64,000 bases of DNA. Origin: Leucoraja erinacea. Taxonomy: Eukaryota. Every line of letters begins with the position of its first letter. Position 1 is the stretch's first letter. Made by a program: the position numbers and the translations under genes. The notes below the pieces were generated by a model. It did no database searches and was not told where the DNA came from. It was given only the letters and a program-made list of their open reading frames with translations. Where the stretch lies: assembly GCF_028641065.1 (NCBI RefSeq), contig NC_073382.1:68758001-68822000 (forward strand), written 5' to 3'. Shown here piece after piece: positions 36,317 through 49,225 of this stretch.

Positions 36317-39080
36317 TGCAAGTGAAGAATTTTAAAAAATATAGAACATGGGCAAAGAGAAATATGTGTATGCTTATATCATCTTTGAGAAAAGATAATG
36401 AAAATACAAAAGGCGCCAAATGAGTCCGATTCCTATTTCCCACGGCTGCTCACTTGGAATTGCACAACTTTGGGAATCTTTGCCAGTGACGTCTGCACAT
36501 CAATAAAGCAATTAAGAAGAAAAAGATCCAGTCATAGAATGAGGCACTTGTAAAATATCTAAAGAGGCCTCAAACCTGTTTGCTGTGTATGAACAGGATA
36601 ATCTGAAGCAATACCAAAAATGCTGGAAACATTTCTGAAGAAGGGTATGGCCTATCCTTCACCAGAACTGTCTTTGACCCGAAATGTGAAACTCCGTTTC
36701 TCAACCCACGCTGCTGCTTGATCTGATGAGTGCTTTTTATTTCAGTTTTCCAGCATCTATGGAATTTTTGCTCCCATTAAATAGTCTGTTTCACTGGCAC
36801 TGAGTAGAGATACCAAAATCAAATATCTTGATCAAAGTCCAAAGCAATTGCCTGCCTTTTATACATTCTCACCATTAGATATGACAATGTAAAACTGACC
36901 ACTTATTTTCCAGCATTTTCATCAGTTCCGTTGAAACATTCCAGCTCAGTTTTCAATTTATTTAGCTCCTAAATGATAATTTGTTTTAATTTAATTTGAG
37001 ACAGAACTTTGTACCAAAGAATATAATTTAAAACATTGTAATCAAAAGTAAAAACTGGGCTGGTTACTGGTATTGGAAAATGCTTTGAGCGAGTTACTTT
37101 ATTACTACATTTGTTCTTGTTATGGCTGAATTGGAATCTTCTCCTCGACATTGATAGCGGGGGGGGGAGTACAGGAAAAGTTACAAAAGACTCCCAAATT
37201 AATGGGAAGGAAAGCTCGAGAAGGAATAAGAGAGTAAGGTCAGGGCCAATAGTGACGGGTGTTAGAAGGGAGGTGAATATCAAAGTTTAAGTGTTGTATA
37301 TGAATGCACGAAGTATAAGAAATAAAGTGGACGAGCTTGAGGCTCAGTTAGAAATTGGCAAGTATGATGTTGTGGGAATTACAGAGACATGGCTGCAAGA
37401 GGACCAGGGCTGGTAACTGAATATTCAAGGGTATACGTCCAATCGAAAAGACAGATAGCTGGGCAGAGGAGATGGTGTAGCCCTGTTGGTGAGGAATGAA
37501 ATTCAGTCCCTTGCAAGGGGTGACATAGAATCAGGAGATGTAGAGTCAGTATGGATAGAACTGAGGAATTGTAAGGGTAAAAAGACCCAAATGGGAGTTA
37601 TCTACAGACCCCCAAACTTTAGCCTGGATATAGGGTATAAGTTGAATAGATTTCAACATGCAGGTAGAATGGGGAAAATCAGGTTGGTACTGGACCCCTA
37701 GAAAGGGAGTTTGTGGAATGCCTCCGAGATGGATTCTTAGAGCAGCTTGTACTGGAGCCTACCAGGGAGAAGGCAATTCTGGATTTAGTGTTGTGTAATG
37801 AACCAGACTTTATAAGGGAACTCAAGGTAAAGGAGCCATTAGGAGGTAGTGACTTCCTATATGATAAGTTTTAATCTACAATTTGAGAGGGGAAAATCGG
37901 AAGTGTCAGTATTACAGTTGAGCAAAGGGGACTATGGAGGCATGAGGGAGGAGCTGGCCAAAGTTGACTGGAAAGAGACCCTAGCAGGGATGACAGTGGA
38001 ACAACAATGGCAGGGATATCTGGGAATAATACAGAAGGTGCAGGATCAGTTCATTCCAAAGAGGAAGAAAGATTCTAAGGGAAGTAAGAGGCGACCATGG
38101 CTGACAAGGGAAGTCAAGGACAGTGTAAAAATAAAAGAGAAGAAGTATAACATAGCAAAGATGAGCGGGAAGCCAGAGGATTGGGAACATTTTAGAGCTA
38201 CAGAAGATAACTAAAAAGGTAATATGGGGAGAATAGATGAGTACGAAGGTAAGCTAGCCAAGAATATAAAGCAGGATAGTAAAAGCTTCTTTAGATATGT
38301 GATGAGGAAAAAAATTAATTATGACAAATGTGGGTCCCTTGAAGACAGAAACAGGTGAATTTATTATGGGGAACAAGGAAATGGCAGACGAGTTGAACAG
38401 GTACTTTGGATGTGTCTTCACTAAGGAGGACACAAACAATCTCCCAGATGTAATAGGTGGCCAGAAGACCTAGGGTGACGGAGGAACTGAGGAAAATTCA
38501 CATTAGGCAGAAAATGGTGTTGGGTAGATTGATGGGACTGAAGGCTGATAAATCTCCAGGGCCTGATGGTCTGCATCCCAGGGTACTTTAGGAAGTGGAT
38601 CTAGAAATCGTGGACACATTGGTGATCATTTGTCAATGTTCTATAGATTCAGGATCGGTTCCTGTTGATTGGAGGGTAGCTAATGTTACCCCACTTTTTA
38701 AGAAAGGCGGGCGAGAGTAAACAGGGAATTATAGACCAGTTAGCCTGAAATCGGTGGTGGGGAAGATGCTGGAGTCAATTATAAAAGATGGAATAATGGA
38801 TTCATTTGGATAGCAGTAACAGGATCGGTCCGAGTCAGCATGGATTTACAAAGGGGAAATCATGCTTGACTAATCTTCTGGAATTTTTTGAGGATGCAAC
38901 TAGGAAAATAGACAAGGAAGAGCCAGTAGATGTAGTGTACCTGGACTTTCAGAAAGCATTTGATAAAGTCACACATAGGAGATTAGTAGGGAAAATTAGA
39001 GCACATGGTATTGGGGGTAGAGTGCTGACATGGAGAGAAAATTGGTTGGCAGACAGGAAACAAAGAGTAGGGATTAATGG

Positions 39081-39210
39081 TTCAAGTAGGAACTGCAGAT
39101 GCTGGAAAATCGAAGGTACACAAAAATGCTGGAGAAACTCAGAGGGTGCAGCAGCATCTATGGAGCGAAGGAAATAGGTAACGTTTCGGGCCGAAACCCT
39201 TCTTCAGACT
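39081..39210 (-). mobile_element. 130-bp Penelope-derived hammerhead-bearing insertion
   Basis: 13-bp TSD TAGG(G/T)ATTAATGG at 39068-39080 and 39211-39223 inside the CR1; core CTGAAGAAGGGTTTCGGCCCGAAACGTT at 39180-39207 (-). Confidence 0.88.
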
Positions 39211-39721
39211 TAGGTATTAATGGGTCCCTTTCAGAATGGCAGGCAGTGACTAGTGGGGTACCACAAGGCTCGGTGCTGGGGCCGCAGCTATTTACAATAT
39301 ACATTAATGATTTAGATGAAGGGATTCAAAGTAACATTAGCAAATTTGCAGATGACACAAAGCTGGGTGGCAGAGTGAAGTATGAGGCGGATGCTATGAG
39401 GATGCAGGGTGACTTGGACAGGTTAGATGAGTGGGCAGATGCATGGCAGATGCAGTTTAATGTGGATAAATGCGAGGTTATCCACTTTGGTGGCAAAAAC
39501 AGAAAGGCAGATTATTATCTGAATGGTGTCAAGTTGGGAAAAGGGGAAGTACAACGGGATGTGGGGGTCCTGTTCATCAGTCACTGAAAGTAAGCATGCA
39601 GGTACAGCAGGCAGTGAAGAAAGCAAATGGCATGTTGGTCTTTGTAACAAGAGGAGGTGAGTGTAGGAGTGAAGAGGCCCTTCTGCAGTTGTACAGGGGT
39701 CTAGTGAGACCACACCTGGAG

Positions 39722-40541
39722 CTTACCTGCCAACTAGTCCGATTTTATCTTATTTGTTCTGATTTTTAAGTTAAAAAGTGTGAAAAATCGGAACAGTATG
39801 ATTTTGAAATGAGGGGAAAAAATCGGGCATCAGTCGTTGTCTCTAAGGGGGTTGCATCCAATCATTGACCAGATTCCTATAAAATTCTCGTCCAATCAGC
39901 CGGGAGAGAGGGACAGGGAGCGAGAGAGGGGTAGAGAGAGGGGGAAGAGAGAGGGAGAGAGAGAAGAAGAATTAGAGAGGGAGAGAGAGAGAGGGAGGAG
40001 AGGGAGAGATAGAGAGAGAGGGGGATAGAGGGAGATAGAGNNNNNNNNNNNNNNNNNNNNNNNNNNNNNNNNNNNNNNNNNNNNNNNNNNNNNNNNNNNN
40101 NNNNNNNNNNNNNNNNNNNNNNNNNNNNNNNNNNNNNNNNNNNNNNNNNNNNNNNNNNNNNNNNNNNNNNNNNNNNNNNNNNNNNNNNNNNNNNNNNNNN
40201 NNNNNNNGACTGGCAAGAAAGCAGCTATGACATAAAGTTACGTATACATGTACTCTTACATGGGTATGACCACACACAAAAAAAACATTTCAGGAAAATG
40301 TCACAGCGTAAAAATACTGATTTCCTCAGCAAAATACTGATTTTCAGATACTAGAATGCTGAAATGCTCTGACAAAACTTGGCAGCTCTGAATATATCGC
40401 GATATTGGGAAACTATTTTAAAAAAACCCTTAAAATCCAGGAGCTAAGGCGGGCCCCTGGACCACACCGTAATGGCACTTGCACTCCATCAACCCGCGCA
40501 CTCAGAGTAAGATTTTTAATTTTTAAATGATGGCAGGTATG
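39722..40541. mobile_element. Non-autonomous DNA transposon (hAT-like, 6-bp TSD) spanning the assembly gap
   Basis: Termini CTTACCTGCCA and TGGCAGGTATG; TSD CTGGAG at 39716-39721 and 40542-40547; removing it restores the CR1 RPHLEYCVQFW frame. Confidence 0.78.
39903..40207. repeat. GA-rich simple repeat followed by an N-gap (40041-40207)
   Basis: Directly visible in the sequence. Confidence 0.97.
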
Positions 40542-41424
40542 CTGGAGTATTGTGTGCAGTTTTGGTATACTAATTTAAGGAAGGACATTCTTGCTATTGA
40601 AGGAGTGCTGCGTAGGTTCACAAGGTTACTTCCCGGGGTGGCGGGACTGTCATATGTTGATCGAATGGAGCGGCTGGGCTTATATACTCTGGAATATAGA
40701 AGGATGAGAGGAAATCTTATTGAAACAGAAAAGATTGTTAAGGGATTGGACACGCAAGAGGCTGGAAACATGTTACCGATTTTGGGGGAATCCAGTACCA
40801 GGGGTCACAGATTAAAAATTAGGAGTAGATGAATTTAGAACGGAGCTGAGGAAAATCTTTTTCACCCATAGGGTTATGAATCTGTGGAATTCTCTGCCTC
40901 AGAAGGCAGTGGAGGCCGATTCTCTGGATGCTTTCAAGGGAGAGTTAGATAGCTGAGTCAGGGGATATGGCGGGAAGGCAGGAACGGGGTACTGATTGTG
41001 GATGATCAGCCATGAATGATCATATTAAATGGCAGTGTTGGCTCAAAGGACCAAATGGCCTACTCCTGCACCTATTGTCTATTGATAAAGTGTTAAATAG
41101 GAATGATCAATTCCAATCTAATATTTCCACTTGTTTCCAGTCTCATTAATCTGTATTTCATGTTGGTTAATTCCACTATGCCATAGACAATAAAGTTAGA
41201 CAAAATAGTGCAGGAGGCAAAATAGCTCCCTTAAGAAAAGGAAAAAATATATAGAAATGTTTTACAGCTCTGCAATTGAAAATAATGGCAGAGACAGGCA
41301 AGCAATAAAGGGTAAAATGTTAACTTCCAAAATCGAATTGGTTTTGTTTGGATCTAAGGTGAAATTGTAATAAATCTCAAACTGACCCCAGAAGTTCTTG
41401 AACCCATTCCCTGATCTTATCAGA

Positions 41425-41605
41425 GTTTAGTTTAGTTTAGTTTAGAGATACAGCACAGAAACAGGCCCTTTGGCCCATTGATTCCACACCGACCAACAGT
41501 CCCCACACAATAACACTATCCAACACACACTAGGGGCAATTTACACTACCAAATCAATTATCCTACAAACCTGTATGTCTTTGGAGTGTGGAAGGATACT
41601 GAAGC
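41425..41605 (-). mobile_element. V-SINE 3' half
   Basis: (TTTAG)n + AGATACAGCACAGAAACAGGCCC tail shared with the other HE1-like copies. Confidence 0.7.
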
Positions 41606-41607
41606 AC

Positions 41608-42540
41608 TCCCCGCTACTAATCTAATTTAAACCCATCTGTGTAGCACTAGCAAACATGCCTGCCAGAATATTGGTTCCTTTCCAGTTCAGGTGCAATCTA
41701 TCCCTCTTGTACAGGTCACCTCTGCCCCAGAAGCGATCCCAATGGTCCAAAAATATGAGTCCCTGCCCCTTGCACCAACTCCTTGGCCATTCATTCATCT
41801 GTCCTATCTTCCTGTGGCACCAGGAGTCATTTCTCCATGGGGCACCAGGAGTGATCCAGAGGTCACTATTCGGGAACTTCTGCTTTGTAACCTTTTGCCT
41901 AACTCCCAATATTCATTTGCAGAACATCATCCCCTTTCCTACCCATGTCATTTGTGCCAACATGCACAATGTCTTCTGGTTGCTCATCCCCCTATTTGTG
42001 AATGTCTCCGATACATCCTGGACTATAGCATCAGGGAGGTGGCGCACCATCATGGAGTATGGATTGCTGCCACTGAACCTCCTGCCCGCCTCCTTAACTA
42101 TTGAGTCGCCTACCACTGTTGCTCTGCCTGACATTACCCTTCCCCACTGTGTCTCAAAGCCTGTCTCATTACCACAGACCCAACTGCTACTCTGCTTCTC
42201 AGCCCTGACGGGTCATCCCTTTCAAGACTATCTGAAAGGGTATACCTGTTTTTGAAGGAGAATGTCCAGATGGATCACCTGAACTCTCTGCCTTCTCCCT
42301 TTCCTCTGGGTCACCCACCTACTCTCTTCCTATACCTTAGATACGACCACGCTCTAACTTAGTTCCATGGAGCTCTCGTTCTCCTGGACAATCCTGAGGT
42401 CGTCCGGCCACAGCTCCTGTTCCCCAATAAAGAGCTACATGTGTACACAATCTCCACAAGTTTAGTCAACAGGAACACCAGCAGTCTCCCTAACTTCCCA
42501 CATCCTGCTGGAGGGACATTGCACCATTTTACCTGTCATC
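41608..42540 (-). mobile_element. CR1 ORF1 (SGNH esterase) fragment
   Basis: VVGDSIVK and FLDHWDRFWGRGDLYKRDRLHLNWKGTNILAG motifs. Confidence 0.8.
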
Positions 42541-42674
42541 TCTACTGCACTAAAACCAACAGGAAATAAAGGCCAGCAATCCTACACAAGAAATATAACA
42601 GCATTGAATACCTCCTGGTGCTTCAGTTTCTAATCATATCCTATAAGTGCAGTAGGTTAATTTGGTTTCTGTAG

Positions 42675-42950
42675 AATCATCGAGTCATACAGCATGGAAA
42701 CAGGCCATTCAGCCCATCTTGTCAATGCCGACCAAGGCGCCCGCCCCAACTACATTAGTCCCACCTGCCCATGTTTAACCCATATCTCTCTAAACCTTAG
42801 ATACACAAAAAGCCAGAGTAACTCAGCGGGACAGGCAGCATCTCTGGATTGAAGGAATGGATGATGTTTCGGGTCGAGACCCTTCTTCAGACTGCACACA
42901 TTATCTCTAAACCTTTCCTATCCATGTACCTGTTCAAATGTCTTTTAAAC
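42675..42950 (-). mobile_element. CR1/SINE 3' end with a nested PLE hammerhead repeat (~42799-42900)
   Basis: Core CTGAAGAAGGGTCTCGACCCGAAACATC at 42863-42890 (-); flanking duplication TCTCTAAACCTT. Confidence 0.7.
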
Positions 42951-43499
42951 CTCTGATAATCAAAGAAGGAATCAAGTATGCTTGATCATCAACCATTTTC
43001 CATGCTTGTGATGCCTTTGCATAAAATCCATTAGTTAATAAACAAATTATATGTTTTGAAATATAGAGAAAGGAGACGTTGTTTCTCAAGTTCATACCCT
43101 AGGCTTGCCTGATGCAGTTACTGCATGTTAAGAAAGAGTGACGTTTTTGACCATTCAATAATGCTGGTCATTGTACATAGCTTTCATAACAAATACATAA
43201 TGCCAACTCTGACCTATTTAGTTTCTCTACCCAGTGACATATATTTAACCTAACGAGAGGCTAGGAGTGGACAAAGGAAAATACTAAATCAGACGATCTT
43301 AGTGGAGAATTCATGTCGGAGCTTTGGGAGTCAGGGTTATGCCCAGTATGGCAGGTTCATCATAAGGGATGGTGATTGAGTGGGGAGGACTGAGATGGCA
43401 ACCAAGGGCTTATGAACAAGATCCACAGTACATTAGCATGACATTTTTTTTTGGTTTTGCTTAACTTCTGTGGCCATATAATTCAAAGAATCGTTGCAT

Positions 43500-43800
43500 G
43501 AGATACAGCACTTAATGACTAAAGGCATGGTGTCCTTAAACAATGGGTTGCACCCAGCTTCACTGCATCCCTCAGCCTTTAATCCCGGACCTAGGAACAT
43601 GCATATGAAAGACAGATGTTTCAGGCAGAACGAAGGGTGCCCTTCACTGAATTGATCATCTTCCAACGGCAGTTGTTCTTTGTCTCAGTCTTGTGGCCCT
43701 GGGGAAAACCCCATTGAGCAGAGAGTTCAGTCTCACCCAACTGTTCAGGATGATCCTCCACCAGAACCTGCTTGCACATCTCTTTGGCAAAGGTTTTTCT
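43500..43800 (-). mobile_element. Ancient L1/Tx1-like LINE C-terminal remnant
   Basis: Peptides FAKEMCKQ, GFPQGHKTET..NCRWKMINSVKGTLRSA and EGCSEA resemble the Tx1 C-terminal region. Confidence 0.35.
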
Positions 43801-43937
43801 TTCACTTACTATGTACCCAAAACTAAAACCAGTTTCCAGCATCATACCTCAGCTACTGGGAATGACACAGGCAGCTCTCTTTACGTTACACAATAGTAGC
43901 CCCACTGCCTTCAACCCGCTCCTTATAGCAAGTTATC

Positions 43938-44262
43938 AACGTAGAGCTACTGCCTTGTAGCGCCAGAGAACCAGGTTCAAGCATGTACTTGGGTGCTGCC
44001 TATGTGACGTGTGTGCACAGTCCCTGGTCCACACAGGCTTCCTCCCATGTTCCAAAGGTGTGTGGGCTGTTAGGTTAATTGGCCTAACTAAGTTACCCCT
44101 GGTGCGTGGGTGAGTGGTAGAATCTGGGGAAGAGCTGAAGAGAATGTGCGGAGAAGGAAAAAAATGAGTTAATGTAGGATTAATGTAAAATGGGTGCTTG
44201 ATGGTCGGTGTGAACTCAATGGCCCGAAGCACCCCACTGCCACCTTGTATTTCTCTATGACT
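43938..44262 (+). mobile_element. V-SINE (HE1-like)
   Basis: tRNA-like head GTAGAGCTACTGCCT...GGTTCAA, V-core GGTTAATTGGC and a CR1-like tail. Confidence 0.7.
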
Positions 44263-45500
44263 TCAAGCTGTGGTTTAGAATTGTGAAACCACCGCTAATG
44301 ACACACGGCTTGGGTTCTAGCTGTTCTGTACATAGTCCATCCCACCAAGAATGTGAGTGATCCAGTGAAGTTGCCCTAACAACAAGCCAGTTTTGTTATT
44401 TGTAATCACATGTATGGAAAAATGTACGTGGAGTGGTTCAGTTACCTTTCTTTAAAAATATTAGTAAACCACTTCTGTTTTTTAAATGACAAGTTCATTT
44501 ATTAAATTCATTTTCATGACTGCCTATGGTGGAGCAAAACCACCAGAGTTGTCTGTCCAATACGGTTTCCATCACTCTCATATCCTTGAAGTTCTGCCAT
44601 CATGCAATGCAACTATAATCTTGAAAATGCGCACCTACGGATGTCGAACCGGATGGCATTACCCCGCTGCAGCTGAGTTCTGCTTCCTCAAACGCAAGAA
44701 GAAGGAGAATCAATAGGAGAATTATTGATATTTCCAAGATTTCTCACGAGAAGCAGTAAGCTTTCCTAATCATGAATTTGGCAAGTCAGATCACTTTGTA
44801 AAGTAATTACATTTAGGGAAAGTAATCTTCAATGAGTCATCACTTTGGATATTGCTTTATGAAGTCTTTATATCTGAACATTACATTGATTATGATGTTA
44901 ACTATGATGAATGCCTCATTGTTTCTTAAATAGGATAAAATGCAGTGAGAGTATGGGGCTACATTATCATGCAGAGCTAATACTAATTTATCTTAAATTA
45001 CTATCTCAAGATGCTGGAATTATTCCCCAGATATGAGCAATCCAAGAGTGACACTTCAGCCATTCTGAAGTAGTAGCTCTTGTTCCTAAGGAATAATTCC
45101 CATCTAATTTAGTACTTATTAATGTAGTGTGGCAGCAATGAAGACCTGACCTTATGATCTCCACCTCTCAAAATAAATTGTCAGGACTTCATAAATTGCA
45201 TCTTTTATGTCTGCAGAGTTATAATTGGTGTCTACCACGTTGAGAGTTACAGGTTTGTGGATCTTTGCATTGAAGTTCACAACATTTTCTGAGTAACAGA
45301 AGTAATTCAGAAATTCAATAAGCATCCGTTATAACAAAGGAAACAATAGAAGAAGAATATAGTCCAATTTAAAAAAAAACACACTTGACGTATTATTTGC
45401 GGGAAAAATAAAAATAACATATATTAATTGACAAAGGAATACAGCCAGACCATTCAATCACAGAGTGTTATTGACAGTATGTATTAATATTGTGTTGCAG

Positions 45501-45617
45501 TGCGGGTTTAACTCTTTAACGGTATGGATCCCTGTGAAAACTGGGCTTCTGCAGCTTTGACCAACTGGCTAACACACATTGGAATCAATCACATTGCTGA
45601 TATGGTGAAAAGTGAAG
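45501..45617 (+). CDS. Candidate exon with start codon (ATG 45524) encoding MDPCENWASAALTNWLTHIGINHIADMVKSE
   Basis: tgttgcag acceptor, ggtATGG Kozak context and GAAG|gtaaat donor (phase 1), in non-repetitive DNA; the parent gene is not certain. Confidence 0.45.
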
Positions 45618-46000
45618 GTAAATAAATATTTAAATCATCAAGATTTCCAAATAAACATGATTTGTTATTTTAGTAAAGTTAATACAGTGCATGTAAAGAC
45701 TCGGTTGCAGTAGATTATTATTCATTCAATGGTTGTATATTTATTCAAAGCTTCAACAGGTTGCTGCTTTATTTAAATCAGAATCACTTAAAACAAACAG
45801 TTCATTGGTTATATTTTTATACATGTGTGTAAATTAGTAAACCCTATAATTGTAATTATCATCTATTACAATGTTGTTTAACGTCACTCCTAAACTAGAG
45901 TTACTTTTCCTAATTCTTGCATTGTTACAAAGCAACTATACTTTGACCTGCCCAATTGGCAAGTGCTCTATTTAGTAAGAATTATCCCATATACACATGA

Positions 46001-46755
46001 AAGTTCAAAAGTTTCAAAGGTCTTTTATTGTCACGTGTACCAATTAAGGTACAGTGATATGCGTATTACCATACAGCCACACGATAAAGAAAGCAACAAG
46101 ACACACAACTACATAAAAGTTAACATAAACATCCACCACAGCGGATTGCCCACATTCCTCACTGTGATGGAAGCCAATAAAGTCTAATCTTCTTCCATCA
46201 TTTTTTCTCCCGCGGTCGGGGCAGTCTTACTCTCCGCAGTCGGGGCAATCGACGCTCCTGCATCTGGGCGATCAAAGCCTGTCGCATCCGGGCGATTGAA
46301 GCTCCTGTATCGGTCCGGTCGAAACTCCTGCGCTTGGTGCTCCCGAAGTCGGTCTCTAACCAAGGCCCGCGAGCTCCACGATGTTAAAGTCCGCAGGCTC
46401 CCACGGTTGGAGCTCCGAGGTCGATCCCTGGCAAAGGGACCACGAGCTCCAACATGGTAAGTCCTGCAGGCTCCTGCCGTTGGAGCTCCCAAAGTCGGTC
46501 TCCAGCAAAGGCCGCCAAATCCTCGATGTTAGGCCGCAGTGCGGATGGAGATACGATATGGGGGGGGGGGGGATAAATAAATAAATAATCACATCTCCAT
46601 CGAGGTAAGATATTAAAAAGTCTCCCCCAATCCCCACATAAAATAAGCTAAAGAACACTGAAAACATCCATTTAACACATACTAAAAAGAGCAACAAAGA
46701 AGGAAGGGACAGACAGACTGTTGGCATGGCAGCCATTACTAGCGCCACATGGCGG
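46001..46755 (-). mobile_element. GC-rich non-autonomous retroelement (same architecture as 624-1430)
   Basis: The minus strand starts CCGCCATGTGGCGCT and ends GTGACAATAAA + short repeat. Confidence 0.55.
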
Positions 46756-47159
46756 TTATATTGCTTGATTCAACCAAGAATTTGTGTTGAGATTTTGTGG
46801 TAGAGGAGCGCTTTAACTGACTGTCCCAGTGTCCGCATCCTCATCAAATTACAAATAGCCAAAGACAGACAGTGATATGCATATATCCAAGCAGTTGAAA
46901 GTCACAACCAACGTTAAGAACACACTGCACTAATAATTTCACAAAAGTGTACAGTTTTGCTGTCCAATGACTATGGAATAATTATCATCTAATTCTGAAC
47001 TATTAAGCTTTTTATTATCATGTAGAATGCCAAAATGTATATATTCAAAGGAGGAAAATTGAAAATAAATTATATTTGAAGCAGGCATTTGACATTGCTC
47101 TCACAAGAAAGACAACAACAATCAAGCACAGGATTAACAACATTGCCCAGTAGTGTCAG

Positions 47160-47778
47160 ACCTTTAGCAAGGTGATGACGCAGCTCGATAGGGTTTTAAT
47201 TAGGCTGCATTTGGAGTACTGAGTGCAGTTCTGGGCACTCCAATAGGAGATGTGGAGGCTTTGGAGAGGGTGCAGAGAAGGACGACCAGAATGTTGCCTG
47301 GATTAGAGGGTTTCAGCTACAGGGAGAGGTTGGATAGACTTGGATTGTTTTCTCTGGAACGTCAGAGGTTGAAGGGATACTTTATAGAAGTATATGAAAT
47401 TATCAGAGGCATAGATAGGGTAGGCAGTCAGAACCTTTTACCCCAGGGTGGATATGCCCAACAACAGTGGGGACAGTTGTAATACGAGCTTTAAACTTTC
47501 AATTATGATTATTGATGGTTTAATGGAGATTTGCAGGGCAAGTTATGTTTTTATACAAAGAGTGGCGGGGGCTTGGAATACGTTGCCAAGATGGTGGTGG
47601 GGGCAGATACCAAAGTGGCATTTAAAAGACTTTTAGATAGGCACAGGAAGTGTAAGGAATAGGGTCATATGGATCGTGTATAGGCAGATGAGATCAGTTT
47701 AACTAAGCATTACGTTCGGCACAAACATTGTGGGCCAAACGACCCATTCTTGTGCTGTACTGTTCTATGTTCTATGTT
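47160..47778 (+). mobile_element. CR1 3' fragment
   Basis: ALERVQRRTTRMLPGLEGFSYRERLDRLGLFSLE; tail (TTCTATG)n. Confidence 0.85.
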
Positions 47779-48544
47779 AAAATGTGACTAACTCCATTGC
47801 ATATTCAGGAAAAGGGAATAACCAACAGGAGATGAAATGTTATCATTTGCGTCATGCTATTATATGCAGAAACAATCAGTTTGTTCACCATCAATTGTTT
47901 GCAATTTGCTTGACAGCAAGATTAAGTCCAAGATAATTCCAACCCACCAAGTAGTGTGGAGTCCATAATTTGTACATGAAGTAGGTAAAGAAGACATTGA
48001 CCTAGATAGATTATATAGGCTGCTCACACAAAGGCAGAATTCCACTGAACGTTTCCATACACCAAAAATCATTGAAGAGAGAATTTCTGTGGAGATTAAG
48101 ATGAACACCAGGGCTGTAGTAGCGGTGACATGTTGTGTCATGGGCCAGATCAAGCTCAATTAGGCATCTAGCTTCCATTTACGTAGGAAGGAACTGCAGA
48201 TGTTATCCACTGGAACGTTGCCTATTTCCTTCGCTCCATAGATGCTGCTGCACCCACTAAGTTTCTCCAGCATTTTTGTGTAAACTCAGAACACTGTGGG
48301 TTACTGTGGACTTTTTTTTTAGGGTAATACAACATTTTCAGAAAAAAACTTACAAGAAATATTTCTCTCACACAGAAAATGCCCAATCAGGACTGATACC
48401 TCCACCAGTGGATAGCAATCATATGGGTAAGATGTTATACGATCAGATAACACCACAAGTAGTAATGGTGATACTTTATTATGATGGATGAATTCTCAGA
48501 AATGAATGCATGTTTGCACTAATTCTAAACCAAATGTTAGATTT

Positions 48545-49225
48545 TCCTTTAGAGATAGTGTGCAAACAGGCCCTTCGGCCCACCGGGTCTGTGTCGACCA
48601 ACGATCATCCGATACACTAGGGTCAATTTACAATTTTACCAAAGCCAATTAACCTACAAACCTGCATATCTTTGGAGTGTGGGAGGAAATCGAAGCACCC
48701 TGAGAAAACACACGTGGTCACGGGGAGAATGTACAAACTCCGTACAGACAGCACCCATACTCAGGATCAAAACCAGGTCTCTGGCGCTGTAATGCCCCTG
48801 TCCCACTTAGGAAACCTGAACGGAAACCTCAGGAGACTTTGTGCCCCACCCAAGGTTTCCGTGTGGTTCCTGGAGGTTTTTGTCAGTCTCCCTAATGGTC
48901 GAAAGTAGTTTCCGCTTCTTCTATGTTCCGGCGATTATTTCAAAAAATTCAAAACTGGCCGCGACTTAAAAATAGATTGCCATTTTAAAAAGCGGTAATT
49001 TTTTAGTCGAAGCCGGTTGCTATGCTAGTTGAAGGTGGTTGCCGGAGGTTGCAGGTAGTGGAAGGTCTTACCTTCTAAACCAAAGGTCTTACCTTCCACT
49101 ACCTGCAACCTCCAGCAACCACCTGCAACCTCCGGCAACCTCTGGCAACCACCACCGACAGGGACAGGGCATAAGTGGGACAGGGGCATAAGGCAGCAGC
49201 TCTACTGCTGCGCCACTGCGCTGCT
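48545..49225 (-). mobile_element. V-SINE interrupted by a PIF/Harbinger MITE (48793-49188)
   Basis: MITE termini TGCCCCTGTCCCACTTA and TAAGTGGGACAGGGGCA with TAA TSD; the SINE continues on both sides. Confidence 0.85.

Larger units (their letters stand above)
37150..41085 (+). mobile_element. Near-full-length ORF2 CR1 LINE (APE endonuclease + RT), degenerate
   Basis: YMNARSIRNK, GITETWL, SQHGFTKGKSCLTNLLEFFE, YLDFQKAFDKV, GVPQGSVLGP and KFADDTK motifs. Interrupted by a PLE repeat (39081-39210) and a DNA transposon (39722-40541); 3' tail (CTATTGT)n. Confidence 0.93.

Noticed and set aside
41656-42255. 199-aa plus-strand ORF
   Set aside because: It is the antisense shadow of the CR1 ORF1 fragment on the minus strand.
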